From the NCBI GenBank assembly GCA_030390025.1, contig CM059426.1, positions 5,394,001 through 5,458,000 of the forward strand: DNA of 64,000 nucleotides. Reading direction: 5' to 3'. The position numbers were made by a program, and so were the translations under genes. The notes beneath the pieces were generated by a model. That model ran no database searches. It was not told the DNA's origin and was given only the letters and a program-made list of their open reading frames with translations. This document shows positions 24,196 through 37,429 of the stretch, piece after piece (positions within the stretch are counted from its first letter, which is position 1; each line of letters begins with the position of its first letter). This DNA comes from Squalus acanthias. Taxonomy: Eukaryota.

Positions 24196-25089
24196 GGGGG
24201 AGAAATTCAGTATCGCCCCATTTGGGGCGCAATTATCGGCCGGGCGCAAAGATTAGCGCCTGGCGCTAATTATCGCCACCGACTGCAAACTTGACTTTTA
24301 TCGCCCCTGGAGGTGATTGGAGCGCTAAATCAGGCGCTTCACACCTGTCTTAAGGCGCAAAGGCCGAGGAGCGAGGCGCTACCTCAGAGCGCTGGCGAAG
24401 CTCATGTGATGTCAGTCAGCAATGGAACACACACCCAATGGCACGGGCCAGTTCTTAAAGGGGATGGTTAATCTTGCTTTCTATCCACATCCTGCTCATT
24501 GCAGCCTTGAATCTCGGCCTGGAGAGACCTGTACATCAAATGTGCTGGAAAGAACAATGGAGAGTACCAGGCAAAGAGCTCAGAGTGCAGCCCCCCACAG
24601 TCTCTGCCAAATCGATACAAGGAATGGCAAATCAAAATGAACCTGCAAAGTGCTGCTCAGTACCCAAAACTCCTTCACACAACGTTGAATCTCTCCAGAA
24701 GTCTCTCCCTCTCTCTCTCAGAATGCGTAGTTCAAAAATGGCACCAACAATAAAAGGCAGGAAGCGGTCACCTTTAAATAGCGCTCCCCCTTAGCCTACA
24801 TGACTGCAGAACGCTCCCCTCAACCTGTCGTTGCTAGCGTCAGGCGGTAAGACAGGGGGCGCCACTCAATATCCGCTCCGGGGCGATACCGGGGCGTTGC
24901 GCACTCGAGTGACGTCACGATCTGCCGGCGCAGGAGATCGTGGCGGTAGTGTTTAGCGCCGCCGCAAAATGTCTAGTTAATTTCGCGAGCAGCGCAAACT
25001 TCACTGCGCCTGGGTGCTAGATGCTTTGCGCCCCATTAGCGCCCTCTTAAGGTGCTAACGGGAGGCGCAACCAACTGAATTTTTCCCCC
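24196..25089. mobile_element. MITE family B, copy 1 (Harbinger-like)
   Basis: TIR GGGGGAGAAATTCAG ... CTGAATTTTTCCCCC with TSD CAC/CAC and CpG-rich subterminal repeats. Homologous over its full length to 56643-57533. Confidence 0.88.
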
Positions 25090-25615
25090 CACGTATTTTA
25101 AGACTTTGCTTATTAAATCGCATTCAGCTAAGTATGTCAAGTATTTGATGACCGGTCATCAACCTGAAATGTTAACTCTGTCTCTCCCTCCACAGATGCT
25201 GCCTGGCCTGCTGAGTGTTCCCAGCATTTTCTGTTTTTATTTCAGATTTCCAGCATCCACAGTATTGTTTTATGCCATGTATCTTAGTGGCTTGCATTAA
25301 GAGAATGATACATAAACCTAGGTATATGAAGACTGAGAGATCAGTTGCTCCTCCTGCTCTCCTATGCCATGCCCTATGGATGCTCTTTGGTAACCTAGTA
25401 CAATTTTTCCCAGCAAGAGACCTTGGAGTCTTAGTAGACTCAACGTTCAAAATGTCCAGCCAATGTAAAGCAGCAATCAACAAAGCCAAAAGAACACTCA
25501 ACTAAATAGACAAAACAGTAGAATACAGGTCCGAGCATGTTGTGACCAAACTGTGCAATGCTCTGGCCCGATGCAGTTGGAAATGAGCTTGAACGCATTT
25601 CTTGATGAACTAATA

Positions 25616-26278
25616 GGGCTGGATTTTCATTGACCCGTGGAGGCAGGTTTGGAGGCGTGTGGGGGGTTAAAATTGCGAAAACTGGCGGGCAGGCACAAGC
25701 CCGCCTCCATGCAATTTTCATTAAATCGTGTCTGCTGGTCCCGACTCCGTCCCGCCTCTAAGAGGTGGGATAGGCTGTTGAGGCCCTTAACAAGCACTAA
25801 ATTGCCTCTATAATGCCATTTTGAAAGGCCTTTGTGATTTTAACCCTTTTTCTGCATGAAGCACGCCTGTTCTGAACCACGAAACCTGGCGGGAGCACAT
25901 TTGGATAGCTGACAATAGCTGGCTGGCTGGCTGGCTATCTGATCTGAGAGTGATGGTGAAGGGGAGACATATCTGGGAGTGGTGGTGCAAAAATATCTGG
26001 GAGCAGACTTAGGGCTGCTGCTCATTTTACATCCAGGTCCTCTCACAGCGAAGGCCAGGCAGTCTTTGAAGACCTTCAATGCAGCAGCAATGATGACATC
26101 ATCAGAGGCGACTTTCAGACTGAAAACACTAATTGGGTCATGGGTTCCCACATGCTGGAACTCAATTGCCCAATTAGGTGAAAATCGCATCAATCTCCCA
26201 CATCCAATTGCAGTCGGGTGGATAACACGAAAAGTGGATGACACAACCCCAACCCGCCCCAGTATCAAAATCCAGCCC
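25616..26278. mobile_element. MITE family A, copy 2
   Basis: Same TIR as 18790-19445, with TSD ATA/ATA. Confidence 0.9.
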
Positions 26279-29163
26279 ATAGTGTCCGTTAATCCATCCA
26301 AAAGGTTGCCTCATCAAGTTGGCCAAGATGGATCAGAATAGTTGTGAGGAGGACACAATGTTTTGAAAGGGGGTGGGATTGAGTAGATCTGCAGAGGAAA
26401 GAGGAAGGGAAACAAATCTACAAGGAAGTACGTGTCAGTTTTAAGCTGACTCATCGTAAACCACACTTCATTCAGGTGCCAAACACTTCAACAAAAACAA
26501 GAGGCCAGAAAACAAGAATGTTATTATTCCTCAATCTAACAAACTAAAGAAAGTAAAGCAGGCCTAATGGGAAGGTTCCCAAACTTTATTACACAACTCG
26601 TAGTGGACGAGTTTCTGAATTGCATTTTGCTTTTATGTGATTGCATATGTTTCCCAATAAACCCAGTTGTGTATTTACACTTGGAAATTCCACACCACGC
26701 AACAGTTGAAGCTCCTATTGCATGTCTAGAACAGTTTAAGTGTTTGCGTAGAGTTTTAATCATTTTATTGTGTTTTTTTCCTTACTTTCTGTAAAACCAA
26801 TTTGTTTTGGCCCCCAAGGCAATGTTACGTCTAAGATTTGGAAACCAGGGGTATAGCAGACTCCGCTGCCCAATTTTAAAGAGGACTCAAAAGGAAAAAG
26901 GTGTTTGTACAGTGAAGATTTTCTGCTTCCTGTTATTTCTGACATGCTTTGAAAATCTGATTGAGTGTAATCTTTACAACATATGGTAGTGACACCATAA
27001 GGAGCAATAGCAGCCAAATCTCAACTTGTATTACACTGACAACCTATTAATCTGGATGGTTTTGATCCTTCCAGTTGGGTTCATTTCAAATGCCTTGACA
27101 GTTTACCCAACATCTAGTTCTTTGTAACAGACCTCAACCCCACTCCAATCCCACATCATGGCTAAAAACATACAAACATACAAAAATGACGGGCAGGAAA
27201 AGACCAGCTGGTCCATCAAGCCAAAATCAAAACAAAATGAGTCCAACATTATCTCAGATGTTATCTCATTGAGGACCAACTGATCAGGTGGGTCGCTGTG
27301 GTGTTGGAAGACAGAGAACCATAGCATAGAGCAGACCATTCTTATTAGATAGAGTAGCCAGTCTCATCAGGTTCAATGGTCAGAATGCCTTTGAACTGTA
27401 TAGAGTCCAAAACCTAGGGATGAATTTTCACTACAACCTGCCAAACAGGTGATAATGTTCTATAACTGGCCTGATATAGACTTTGTCGAACACTGAAGCT
27501 GCCAATGGCGACATGGAAGATTAAGCCTTTCCTGAAGATTCCCACGCTCTTTGCAGCCACCTTCACAACTTATTTATTGCATTATAGCATAGATGTGATT
27601 ACCGAGCCAAGGACCTTTAAAAATTTTAACTGTTGGGAATTTGCAACATTTACACTGAACAGGCTGTAGTGCAAATATACTTGCAGTCCACCACCACATT
27701 CACTGGGAACAGCTAATAATCTTTAAAGCATCCCAGTGGCTCCTCAATATCTATTAGAGGACACATTGGCCCAGATATTAAATGTAAAGGTGGGCTGCGT
27801 ACACGAAACCCGGAGGTAAAGTCAGCGGGTTGGATTGTTTGAGGCAATAAATTTTGACTTCCGGCTTTCACGTTCCCAAGCAGCACAGCGGGCAGAATGC
27901 ACATCCGCACGACACAATCTGAAGTCCACTACTCAAAGGGCCAATGCTAAAATGAATTTGGAGGAGCAAGGAGCCACTTAGAGATGGATGCACAAAAGAG
28001 CAAGGGCAGCACCCAGATTTAATGATGCTTCCCTGGAATTCCTGCTGGGTGCAGTCAGGAGCAGGAGGGACATACTTTTCCCAGCAATGGGAGGAAGAAG
28101 GCTGCAGCTCACCCCAATCCTTATGCACTGTAATGGTCATAGTCATGGTCACTTTCACCGAAGGCACTGCATCCATCGGGTAAATACCTGAGCTTCACTC
28201 ACTCACAGGTCTGTTTTTGCACCCCTTGTTGAAGAGAGCGCAAAACACAAGGGAGAGGGTGAGGACTGGAGGTGGCCCGCCACAAATTGTGCAGCTCACA
28301 GATGCAGAGGAGAATGCCATGAAGACAAGTGGCACATCTGCATTCCTCTCAATCAGAGATGGAGGGAAGACCAAGTATGGTGATTATCAAGATCGTTACT
28401 TTGCCATGGCGAATTTGTATTCCTTTCTTTTGCCTTCCAGGGCCTTCACGCATACAGTCTCACTGGAGATGCACGAGGACGATTCCTCAGAGGACCTCAT
28501 TCCTTCGGAGGCTGCACCATCATAGGATCTACAGCCATGCACCAGCGTAAACACTCGCACTTCGGTGGGTCCAGTTAGAGAGTTAGTTGGGTTTTCACCT
28601 GGTGATTGACAATTCACAGGTGAGCACGAGCAGATACTAGTGGCAGGGACACTGTGGAAAGTCCACATCGGGGGCCGCAATCCTCTCCAAATTCTGCTCA
28701 GCTGGACACAAATGCTGAACCCTGGGGGCCTTCATTGAGAAGGAGAATGCTAGAGGTGCATCAGCAACTTAGCCAGGTACTGACAGACGTGCCACAATAG
28801 CGGAGAAAATGAGAGAATTGAGGAGTCCAAGTCGATCGCCAGTGGATTGCTGGTGCAGGGATTTGCGAGAATGTCTGCCATGGAGAGAATGGCTGCCTCC
28901 ATGAAGCTTCAAGCAAGGCTCTCAAATGAGTCCATGCCAGCCATGATCACGGCCATACAGACTTTGGATGTAAACATGTCTGCCGCCTTAAACAGGATGA
29001 CAGATACCTTATCCGTGGCCTTACGAGGTGTCACTGATCTCCACCAAGCTGTAGTGCAGCAGAGTGGCAAACATAGAAACATAGAAGATAGGAGCAGGAG
29101 TAGGCCATTCGGCCCCTCGAACCTGTTCCGCCATTTAATGAGATCATGACTGATCATCCAAAT

Positions 29164-31187
29164 TCAGTACCCTGTCCCTGCTTTCTCCCCATATCCCTTG
29201 ATCCCTTTAGCCTTAAGAAATATATCTAACTCCTTCTGGAATATATTTAATGAATTGGCGTCAACTGCCTTCTGTGGTAGAGAATTCCACAGGTTCACCA
29301 CTCTCTGGGTGACGAAATTCCTCCTCATCTCAGTCCTAAATGGCTTACCCCTTATCCTTAGACTGTGACCCCTGGTTCTGCACTCCCCCGCCATCGGGAA
29401 CATCCTTCCTGCATCTAGTCTGTCTAGTCCTGTTAGAATTTTATAAGTTTCAATGAGATCCCCTCTCATTCTTCATACGTCATTCCTGCCATCCCAGGTA
29501 TCAGCCTGGTGAATCTTCGCTGCACTCCCTCCATGGCAAGAACATCCTTCCTCAGATAAGGCGACCAAAACTGCACACAATACTCAAGGTGTGGTCTCAC
29601 CAAGGCCCTGTACAACCGCAGCAAGACATCCTTGCTCCTGTACTCGAATCCTCTCGCTATGAAGGCCAACATACCATTTGCCTTCTTAACCGCCTGCTGC
29701 ACCTGCATGCTTACCTTCAGCGACTGGTGCACAAGGACACCCAGATCTCGTTGCACTTCCCCTTTTCCCAATCTATTGCCGTTCAGATAATAATCTGTCT
29801 TTCTGTTTTTGCCACCAAAGTTGATAACCTCGCATTTATCCACATTATACTGCATCTGCCATGCATCTGCCCAATCACCCAACCTGTCCAAATCATACTG
29901 GAGTTTCTCTGCATCCTCCTCACAGCACACACGCCCACCCAGCTTTGTGTCATCTGCAAACTTGGAGATATTACATCGAGTTCCCTCATCTAGATCATCA
30001 ATATATACTGTGAATAGCTGGGGTCCTAGCACCGATCCCTGCGGTACCCCACTAGTCACTGCCTGCCACTTGGAAAAAGACCCATTTATTCCAACTCTTT
30101 GCTTCCTGTCTGCCAACCAGTTCTCTATCCAAGTCAGTACCTTACCCCCAATCCCATGTGCTTTAACTTTGCACGCTAATCTCTTATGCGGGACCTTATC
30201 GAAAGCCTTCTGAAAGTCCAAATACACCACATCCACTAGTTCTCCCTTATCTATTCTACCAGTTACATCCTCAAAAAATTCCAGTAGATTAGTCAAGCAT
30301 GATTTACCTTTTGTAAATCCATGTTGACTTTGTCCGATCCTGTCACTGTTTTCCAAGTGCTCTGCTATTACATCTTTTATAATGAACTCTAGCCATTGCC
30401 TATCCACCATCAACCCTTTAAGTAACGCTCCCCAATCCATCCTAGCCAACTCACGCCTCATACCATCGTAGTTTCCTTTATTTAAATTCAGGACCCTAGT
30501 CTCTGAGTCAACTACTTCATTCTCCATCTTAATGAAGAATTCTATCATATTATGATTGCTCCTCCCCAAGGGGCCTCGCACAACAAGATTGCTAATTAAT
30601 CCTTTCTCATTACATAATACCCAGTCTAAGATGGCCTGATCTCTAGTTGGTCCCTCGACATATTGGTCCAGGAAACCATCCCGTATACACTCTAGGAATT
30701 CCTCCTCCACAGTATTGTTACTAATTTGGTTAGCCCAATCTATATGTAGATTAAAGTCACCCATGATAACTGCTGTGCCCTTATTGCATGCATCTCTAAT
30801 TTCCCGTTTAATGCCATCCCCAACCTCAGCATTAATGTTTGGGGGTCTGTATACAACTCCCACTAACGTTTTCTGCCCCTTGGTATTTCTCAGCTCTACC
30901 CATACAGATTCCACATCATCAGAGTTAATATCCTTCTTTACTATTGTGTTAATCTCCTCTTTAACCAGCAATGCTACACCACCTCCTTTTCCTTTTTGCC
31001 TGTCCTTCCTGAATATTGAATACCCCTGGATGTTGAATTCCCAGCCTTGGTCACCCTGGAGCCATGTCTCCATAATCCCAATTATATCATATCCGTTTAC
31101 ATCTATTTGCGCAGCTAATTCATCCACCTTATTACGAATGCTCCTCACATTAAGGCACAAAGCCTTCAGGCTTGTTTTTTTTAACAC
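29164..31187 (-). pseudogene. CR1 ORF2 (APE endonuclease + RT) with deletions
   Basis: LNVRSIRNK, ETWL, VYRPP and MGDFN (endonuclease) are joined directly to SQHGF, GVPQGSVLGP and FADD (RT). A small frameshifting deletion lies at ~29472. Confidence 0.93.
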
Positions 31188-31249
31188 TCTTAGTCCTTTT
31201 AGAATTATTATTTACTGTAGCCCTGTTTGATTTACACCCTTGATTTCTC

Positions 31250-32297
31250 TGCCTTCCACTTTTGCTTTTCTCCTTCCTGTCTTTTGTTTCTATCCTTGCT
31301 TACCTTTCCTCTGTCTCCCTGCACAGGTTCCCAACCCCTTGCCATTTTAGTTTAAACCCTCCCCAACAGCACTAGCAAACACTCCCCCGAGGACATCGGT
31401 TTATGTCCCGCCCAGGTGCAAACCATTCAGTTTGCACTGGTCCCACCTCCTCCAGAACCGCTCCAATGTCCCAGGAATTTGAATCCCTCCCCCTTGCACC
31501 ATTCCTCTAGCCACGTATTCATCTGAAATATCCTTCTATTTCTACTCTGACTAGCACGTGGCACTGGTAGCAATCCTGAGATTACTACCTTTGAGGTCCT
31601 ATTTTTTTAATTTACCTCCTAACTCCCTATATTCAGCTTTTAGGACCTCATCCCGTTTTTTACCAATATCATTGGTACCTATATGCACCACGACAACTGG
31701 CTGTTCACCCTCCCCCTCCAGAATACCCTGCAGCCGTCCCGAGACATCCTTGACCCTTGCACCAGGGAGGCAACATACCATCCTGGAGTCTCGTTTGCGG
31801 CCGCAGAAACGCCTATCTATTCCCCTTACAATAGAATCCCCTATCACTATAGCTCTCCCACTCTTTTTCCTCCCATCCTGTGCAGCAGAACCATCCATGG
31901 TTCCAGGAAGTTGGCTGCTGCTGCCTTCCCCCGATAAGCCATCTCCCTCAACAATATCCAAAGTGGTATATCTGTTTGAGAGGGGGATGGCCACAGGGAA
32001 CCCCTGCACTACCTGCCTGCGCCTACTACTCTGCCTGGCGATCACCCATTCCCTTCCTGCCTGTGCAGCCTTTACCTGCGGTGTGACCAACTCATTAAAC
32101 GTGATATCCACGACGTCCTCAACATCACGAATGCTCCAGTATGTATCCATTCGCAGCTCCAGCGCCGCAATGCGGTCTGCCAGTAGCTGCAGCTGGATAC
32201 ACTTCCCGCACACATGGTCGTCAGGGACACAGGAAATGTCCCTGATTTCCCACATAGTGCAGGAGGAGCATGCCACGGGGCCGAGATGTGCTGCCAT
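31250..32297 (-). pseudogene. CR1 ORF1 (Cys finger, coiled coil, SGNH esterase-like)
   Basis: CSSC...CGKC, LSNRY, VIGDSIVR, CLPGARV, VVHIGTND. The frame is disrupted near 31600. Confidence 0.9.
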
Positions 32298-33419
32298 GAC
32301 TTACCCTTTAATTAATTTAAATTAAATTAAATCAAATCAATACCACTAATTACACTACAATTAAATGATATACTCAAGGGCCCTTGTTTACTAGCACTCC
32401 CCGCTACACAACAGAGACCTTAGAAACTATAACCACAAAAATTAAGACCTTCTAAACTTTATAAACTATTAACCTTAACTGTCAAACTATAGAGTAGTAT
32501 AAATACACACCTGGCCGTACTCACCCAATCAGCTGCTTCCTCTTGCCCGCGTCACTTTTTGAATCGTGACGTGGCTTGAATCAAGATGGCGGCCTGGGCC
32601 TGTGACCGGGAGAAGCCCCGAAGCTGCAAACGCGGGACCTTCAGGTTATTATTCGGGGTTTGCAGCCTACACCAGTTGTTTATGAAGCCTCTCCGCCCAC
32701 CCGCCGGTCCATTACTCCGCTGCGTCCGGTTGCTTCTTTGATTAACTGGAGCTGGTCTGTCGCCTCACTCTTCGCTCTTTACTCGCCAATTACACGCCAA
32801 GACTGATGTGGTGCCGGCCCAGGAGAGGGATGATGGCAAAAGGGGACATAGAAGCGGGAACTCCACTCGAAGCCATCCCACTTCTCGCCTGTTGTCACCG
32901 TCACCCCCACCACCGCCAGTACCCGATATGCTGCCTTGCCTCCTGATGGCCGAGTCTGCCCCTGCACAGGTGCAGATGGAGCAGTCTTTGACAGGGCCCT
33001 CAGGGGCTTCAAAACCCAGAGGTCGTCGGCCAAATGCAACTCAGCAGTCAGGGCATTGATCTGAGCAGCCTGCCTCTACCTCTGCTGAAGCTACACGGGA
33101 TCCACCACGTCAAAGCGGTAGGAAATGTAAAGTAAAGCAACTGTAGTTCACCAAGGGTATGCACATGGGTGTTTGACAAAATATTACGTTGTTAAGTTTC
33201 CTTTTTTTAATAACAGTACAATAACAATACATAAAATGTATTGATTAGCACCACTTCCACGTCATGATGAATGTCAATACATGACAGGACCCACTGGGCA
33301 GATGTGCAATGAGTGTATGCCTGATTGAAGGACTGTTCTGTGCAAAGGGAGGGGGGTGGTGGTAGGAGAGGGCCGGAGGATTTCATTTTTGATTTTTCCT
33401 GTGTGAGCCGCCACCGCTA

Positions 33420-35346
33420 GCTGAGCCTTCGAGTTATTAGGGCATCCCGGGCAGCAAAGTACGCGGCTAGTCTGGCCCCATCTTCATATTTCTCCTCCTC
33501 CTCCTCGTGAATGTTCTCCTCATCCGAAGATGCCTGATGAGCGCCTTCATCCTCCTCCACCTGCAATCCTCTGCTGCGCAATATTGTGCAGGACGCAGCA
33601 CGCCACTATGATTCTGGACACCCTCGGTGAAAATACTGAAGATCGCCGCCAGGCCTATCCAGGCAGCTGAAGCGCATCGTCAACATTTTGATGGTTTGCT
33701 CTATGACACACCTGGTGGTCACGTGCTTCTCGGTGTAGCGCTCCTGCGCCTCGATGGTGGGGTTCCTCACAGGTGTCATGAGCCAAGTTTGAGAGGGGTA
33801 TCCCTCGTCTCCTACGAGTCAGCCCTTAAATCTTCTTCCTGGAACGAAAAGGTCGGGAATGTTGCACTGCCGCAGTATGAAAACATCATGACAGCTCCCA
33901 GGGAATCTGGTGCACACGTACATGATTCCCTTCTTGTGGCTGCACACCACCTGTGAATTGATGCAATAGTATCCCTTGCGGTTGATAAAAATTCCTGTTT
34001 GCTATGGTGGTGTTCGGATTGCCACACGTGTGTAATCATACGAACATAAGACGTAGGAGCAGGAGTAGCTCATTTGGCCCCTCGAGCCTGCTCCGCCATT
34101 CAATAAGATCATGGCTGATCTGATCTTGGCCTCAACTCCACTTCCCTGCCCGCTCCCCATAACCCTTGACTCCCTTACCTTTCAAAAATCTGTCTATCTC
34201 CACTTTAAATATATTCATTGACTCCGTCTCCACAGCTCTCTGGGGAAGAGAATTCCAAAGATTCACGACCCTCTGAGAGAAGAAATTCCTCCTCATTTCC
34301 GATTTAAGTGGGTGCCCCCTTATTCTGAAATTATGCCCCCGAGTTCTAGATTCCCCCACGAGGGGAAACATCCTCTCTGCATCTAGTCTGTCAAGCCCCT
34401 TCAGAATCTTATATATTTCAATAAGATCCCCTCTCATTCTTCTAAACTCCAATGAGTATAGGCCCAACCTTTCTTCATAAGACAACCCCTTCATCTCCGG
34501 AATCAACCTCGTGAACCTTCTCTGAACTGTGCAAGTATATCCTTCCTTAAATAAGGAGACCAAAACTGTACGCAGTACTCCAGGTGTAGTCTCACCAACG
34601 CCCTGTACAGTTGTAACAGGACTTCCCTACCTTTATACTCCATTCTCTTTGCAATAAAGGCCAACATTCCATTTGCCTTCCTAATTACTTGCTGTACCTG
34701 CATGCTAACTTTTTGTGATTCATGTACAAGGACACCCAGATCCCCCTGTACCTCAGCATTTTGTAATCTCTCCCCATTTAAATAATAATTTGCTTTTTAA
34801 TCAATTGTACTCAGTACCTGTGGGAAGCCAGGCAGAGAAGCGAATGCGAGTGCCCGCTTATTCTGGCTATTGTCATCACAGGGGAAATTTACTGAACTCC
34901 CAGCCCTGGCAAACAATCCATCCGTCACCTGCCTTCTGCATTTATGTGCAGTGGACTGCGAGACCCTCGAGATGTCTCCAGTAGCACCCTGGAAGGAACC
35001 AGAGGCAAAAAAAATTGGGTGCGGTGATGACTTTCACAGCCACTGGTAATGCGTGTCCGCCAGGCCCAGTGGGGAGCAGGTCTTCTTCTAGGAGGCTGCA
35101 GATGTCTGCAACCACCTGATGTGACAACCTCAGCCTGCGGAATGAAGTACTGCTCTTCCGAGAGGTCAAGGAAGCTGAGCCTCTGACTGTACACCCTGTT
35201 ACATGGGTAGTGCATCCTGTGACCTCGGCCCCTCTGTTGGCCTCCTCGCTCCTGCGCACCTGCTGATCCCACCACAACACGGCCTCGCTGCCGTGGACGG
35301 TGATTCTCGTTCTCTTCTGATGTCGTGTCAAAAACATCCATGGCAC
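33420..35346 (-). pseudogene. Harbinger (HARBI1-like) DDE transposase remnant
   Basis: The minus strand gives [33 protein letters not shown]...[24 protein letters not shown], and G*LVGDEGYPSQTWLMTPVRNP...QERYTEKHVTTRCVIEQTIKMLTMRFSCLDRPGGDLQY. It has stops and frameshifts. Confidence 0.9.
34039..34797 (-). mobile_element. CR1 3' fragment inserted in the Harbinger transposase
   Basis: CR1 C-terminal motifs, flanked by a direct TAATCA repeat (34033-34038 and 34798-34803). Near-identical to 54788-55565. Confidence 0.92.
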
Positions 35347-35937
35347 CTCCTATCCTGCTGGTGTCTGTTTCCTAGCCTTCAAACTTCTCCAAAACCTCCG
35401 ACAAGAACTCTGCTAAACGTTTGCCAGAGGAAACTGACAAAGCAGCTGTAAGAACTGAGCCTTTAGTGAGATCAGACAATCAGAAGTTTAAAGAACCCCA
35501 TGAACCTACCTGAAACTCGCCTCCTTTTCACTGGCGAGTTTCCCATGCTGGAGGCGTTAATGCCGAAGCCCCTCATTTGCATGTAATTATGAGGTTCATT
35601 GGGGTCTTAATTAATTACTATTGATCGCGTCGATTCCCGCAAGCAAGTTACTCGCACGCACCCAAATGCGCCTCGGTTAAACCAGTGCACTGTCAGCGCG
35701 TTGGAGCCGGGTTGCAGACGCGCTTCATTCTCCTCCTATTTTAAATGAGCACCCAACCCCAACCCACCCATTCTTGCCTGTTAAAATTCCCCCCGTTGTC
35801 TGGAAGGTTGTTTTTTTTTTTAAATGGACAAAAATTTATAAATGATATTTAAACTGCTTTCAGATTGCCCAGCCAGACTTGTTCTCAGTCTGTGGGGTCG
35901 ATCTTGGCTCTGTGCGATAGTGTTAAACGGGTGATAG

Positions 35938-37000
35938 AACAACAGAAAATGCTGGAAACACTCAGCAGGCCAGACAGCATCCGTGGAGAGAGAAACAGAG
36001 TTAACGTTTCAGGTCGATAACCCTTCATCAGAACTGGAAAAAACTGAAGATGTAACAGATATTAAGCAGGTGCAGAGACAGGGAGGGGGCGGGGGGGGGG
36101 GAGGGGAGGAAGGAATTGAAGGAATATACTGTGCTGAGGTAAGAGGCAGGAAAGATAAAATGTTGCAAAGGGGGTGGCAAAATCATACAGCATGAAAAAT
36201 GGGGGATGGGGTTATAGTTTGAAATTGTTGAACTCAATGTTGAGTCCAGAAGGCTGTGAAGTGCCTAATCGAAAGATGAGGTGCTGTTCCTTGAGCTTAT
36301 GTTGAGCTTCATTGGAACAGTGTAAGAGGCCGAGGACGGAGAGATCAGAGTGGGAGTGGAGCAGAGAATTAAAGTGACAGGAGACCGGAAGCTCAGGGTC
36401 ACCCTTACGGACTGAACGGAGGTGTTCCGCAAAGCGGTCGCCCAATCTGCATTTGGTCTCCCCAATGTAGAGGAGACCGCATCGTGAGCAGCGAATACAG
36501 CATATTAAATTGCAAGAAGTACAAGTAAATCGCTGTTTCACCTGGAAGGGGTGTTTGGGGCCCTGGACAGTGGGAAGGGAGGAGGTAAAAGGGCAGGTGT
36601 TGCATCTCCTGCGCTTGCACGGGAAGGTGCCGGGCGAAGGGGAAGAGCTGTTAGGGGTGATTGAGGAGTGGACCAGGGTGTCGCGGAGGGAGCGGGCCCT
36701 TCGGAATGCTAAAAGGGGAGGTGAGGGGAAGATGTGTTTGGTGGTGGGATCACGTTGGAGGTGGCGGAAATGGCGAGGATGATCCGTTGAATGTGGAGGC
36801 CGGTGGGGTGAAAGGTGAGGACAAGGGGAACCCTATCGTGGTTCCGGGAGGGAGGGGAAGGGGTGAGAGCAGAAGTGCGGGAAATGGAACAGTCAAGAGC
36901 CATGTCAACCACAGTAGAGGGGAATCCTCAGTTGAGGAAAAAGGAAGACATGTCAGAAGCACTGGTATGGAAGGTGGCATCGTCAGAACAGATGCGGCGG
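35938..37000 (-). mobile_element. Penelope-like element fragment (GIY-YIG), inserted in a small palindromic MITE (~35894-37090)
   Basis: DRVPLVLTFHP; FTCTSCNLICCIRCSRCGLLYIGETKCRLGDRFAEH. The flanks resemble the short element at ~61829-61940. Confidence 0.92.
35999..36035 (-). ncRNA. Minimal type I hammerhead ribozyme motif in the Penelope terminal repeat
   Basis: Minus strand: AGUU-CUGAUGA-AGG-GUUAUCGA-CCU-GAAA-CG-UU-AACU. Both core boxes are intact, with stem I (AGUU/AACU), stem II (AGG/CCU) and a palindromic ACGU stem III. Confidence 0.7.
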
Positions 37001-37429
37001 AGTTAAACGTTAAACGGGTGAAAACTCGTTTTACATCGGGCTGCCGACTCGCTGCCGCCCATTTTTGCACAAAGTCAGGATTGACACCCGAGTGAGACTG
37101 TCTGTAATTACCCATAGGCTCATAGGAAATTTCATAGGCTCGTTTGAATGTTAATAACAAGATTAGACAGAGACACCTGTTTAAAAGCCTGGACTAGCAC
37201 ACACAATTATCGACTCTGCTTCACCTTTACCTATTTTGTTTAAACAATAGAATGGCATCACATTCCCCCAATGCCAGTAAACAGCGACCAGTTCCTGACA
37301 AGTGCCCTCTTCTACAAGGGGGCACCACTAATACAACTGGTTCAAACAAACTAAAAATGCATACACAAGTTAGAATTGAATTTTGTCCTTTACCACAATG
37401 ATCTGATTCACTGATTACATAATTTCTTC

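Larger units (their letters stand above)
29070..32780 (-). mobile_element. Nearly full-length CR1 LINE (5'UTR, ORF1, internally deleted ORF2, 3' tail)
   Basis: CpG-rich 5'UTR at ~32500-32780, ORF1 from 32297, ORF2 31187-29164, and a (TTCTATGT) tail at 29070. Confidence 0.95.
27985..33150 (+). pseudogene. Harbinger Myb/SANT-like DNA-binding protein remnant
   Basis: RAAPRFNDASLEFLLGAVRSRRDILFP and KRAQNTRERVRTGGGPPQIVQLTDAEE, then a coiled-coil segment at 28847-29069. It continues at ~32800 after the CR1. Confidence 0.78.
27768..35794. mobile_element. Decayed autonomous PIF/Harbinger DNA transposon with two nested CR1 insertions
   Basis: Convergent Myb/SANT-like gene (+) and HARBI1-like DDE transposase (-). 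Imperfect termini GGCCCAGATATTAA / TTAAAATTCCCCCC, flanked by ATT/GTT. Confidence 0.8.

Noticed and set aside
29589-31230. Plus-strand ORFs over CR1 (similar ones at 42529-43177 and 52982-53786)
   Set aside because: They are antisense shadows of CR1 ORF2.
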